Part shown: piece by piece, positions 62,075-64,000 of the stretch | How positions within the stretch are numbered: position 1 is the first letter of the stretch | Layout: every line of letters starts with the position of its first letter | Made by a program: the position numbers and the translations under genes | DNA from: Selaginella moellendorffii | Lineage: Eukaryota; Plantae; Lycopodiophyta | Direction of reading: 5' to 3' | NCBI RefSeq assembly: GCF_000143415.4 | Contig: NW_003314278.1 | Location: forward strand, 1,024,682-1,088,681 | Length of the DNA: 64,000 nt | Notes under the pieces: model-generated | The model's database searches: none | The model's input: the letters and a program-made list of their open reading frames with translations, nothing else | Told to the model about the DNA's origin: nothing

Positions 62075-64000
62075 ATGGCGGGAGAGCAAGATATTGATCC
62101 TGATGAGGAGTATGGCATTAGTGATGATAGCCATGACGATGCGGAAGAGACTCTTGATGATGTTGTTCTGTGGCAAGGACGCCAGATTTCTGCGGTTCAG
62201 AACGACATAAAGGAGGTTAAGGATTCTGTCAATTTAATTAAGGATTTCTTGCTTCGCATGGACCCTCAAGGATTGAATCGATCTCATGTCCGTGATTACC
62301 ATTGGTACGTCAAGCATGCCAAGGATTATGGTATTATGGAATGGAAATCATCACCAGATGTTTGTGATAGTCAAGAGGTTGATTCTTGGTTGGAATTGTG
62401 GGAAAGTTGTTGGTCTCACAAACCTTATGAGGATAAGGTGAAGATAGATTTCTTTGTGACGAAGCTTACGGGCCATGCTTCTTTGTGGTGGAAGAACTAC
62501 ATCAAAGCTAATCCAAAGCCGACTTCTTGGACTGATTTGACAAAGGTTTTCCGCGCTTCGTTTGTCAAGAAGTTTGAAGAGGTTGATCTCGTGAATCAAT
62601 TGTTAGAGATCCGTCAGGGGACTTTGTCTTTGGATGTGTATGCTCGCAAGTTCCGTGATCTTTGCCTTAGTCTCACGGGCACTTACAATGAGCTACTAAA
62701 GGTGCAATGTTTTATCAAAGGATTGAGCTCGGTGGATGTGCAACAGAAGGTCAAGAAGGATTTTCCAGCAACATTGACTGATGCTATCACTAAGGCTCCA
62801 ATCTTTTCGCCCAAACCGTCGGTCAACTCGGTCAACGCTGGTCAAAAGGATGGTCTCCGGGGTGGTCAACGTGATGACCAACCCACCAATACTTCATTTT
62901 CAGGGAAGAAACGGCCATTGCTTCGTCGTAGCTCGAAGAGTGGAGATGGCAATGAGGCAAAAAGACATCGGTTAGACCAACGAGAGAAGGACAAGGTGGA
63001 GGGCAATTGTTTTCGTTGTCACAAGGCTGGACATCATGGCAAGGATTGTCCTCTTGTGAAGGGATCAAAGAATGCTAAGGTGAATGTGGTGGAATCCATT
63101 GTGGATACAGCTCAGGCATCTACTGTGGTGGCTCTTCCACACCCTGTGGCAAAAGTTCAAGAATCTAAGTCTCGAGTTCATATCAACTCTATAGAGATTA
63201 ATGGTTCTATGCGCAATCAACTTGTGAAGGCCAAGGGGGACATTCAAGGACATGCTGTTAGTATTCTTTTCGATCCAGGTGCTACACACAACTTTTTGAG
63301 CTCTAAGGTGGTGAAGAAACTTGGTTTGCCTGTGGAAAAAAGTTCAGTAATCTATGAGGTGGTTATGGCAAATGGACATAGCACTCGTGTTTACGGTGAA
63401 TGGGCTCCGAGTGTTCCTTTGACGGTTCAAGGGATTCTCGACCATCCTTTGTTTCAGGTTATGGATCTTGGTCGCACAGACGTTATTCTTGGGAAGGAAT
63501 GGTTTTATGACAGGAAGCCAGGGATTGATTGGGAGCGTAATGTTCTGCGTATCGAAGTTGGTGTCACTATAAAAGAGATTGTCGGGACAGACAATAGTGA
63601 TACTCCATTGATTAACGCTTTGGAGTTGGTGACATGCATGCATGAGATAGCTAATTCTTTTGTGGTGTACCCGTTTTTTTCTAATATGATCATGTCTAAT
63701 TTGGAGTACGTTCGTGGGCATGAGGCACAGGTGGATTCCATTCAGGAGGAGTTCCGTGACGTATTTCCGGATGAGTTACTTGATGGTTTGCCTCTAGAAC
63801 GTGGAATTCAGCATGAGATTGATTTGGTTCCTGGAGCTACTCCTTTTCAGCGACAACCGACTCGTACTAGTTCTGCTGAAGATGAAAAGATTAATAGGCA
63901 GCTTGCTGAAATACCTTCGGAAAGGGTGGTTACGGATTAGCAAGTCTCCTTGGGCTGCTCTAGTGGTGATGGTCAAAAAGAAAGATGGTACATGGCGTCT
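62075..64000 (+). CDS. Gypsy gag-protease-RT polyprotein, runs off window; 1-bp frameshift at ~63910
   Basis: LTGHASLWW, CFRCHKAGHHGKDC, LFDPGATHNF, DVILGKEW, then KGWLRISKSPWAA..KKKDGTWR in a shifted frame. Confidence 0.9.

Noticed and set aside
63900-63940. Programmed ribosomal frameshift
   Set aside because: It falls inside the RT N-terminus rather than at the gag-pol boundary; a 1-bp insertion or sequencing error is simpler.

Overview
Eukaryotic plant genomic DNA, heavily repetitive. Tiny ~50-bp introns, PLS-class PPR genes and a Tat-like element with an extra RNase H between PR and RT suggest a lycophyte such as Selaginella (inference). The window is a pile of nested Ty3/Gypsy retrotransposons, Harbinger remnants and host-gene fragments (SEC16, GH29 fucosidase, RRP5, PPR). 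Two things stand out. (1) A 12.8-kb terminal-inverted-repeat DNA transposon (19596-32380) sits in the RT of a chromovirus. It carries a GHTHEDVD-type transposase and a divergent multi-exon gene with ParB-like, degenerate amino-methyltransferase-like and FCP1/HAD-like regions. It is studded with at least 26 copies of a 22-bp palindrome (ATGGCRTG-N6-CAYGCCAT), six of them inside small introns. (2) An LTR element at the left edge has a 5S rRNA internal-promoter segment in its LTR (Cassandra-like), yet also keeps an uninterrupted gag-less RT-RNase H ORF. All domain calls are by motif recognition only; no searches were run.
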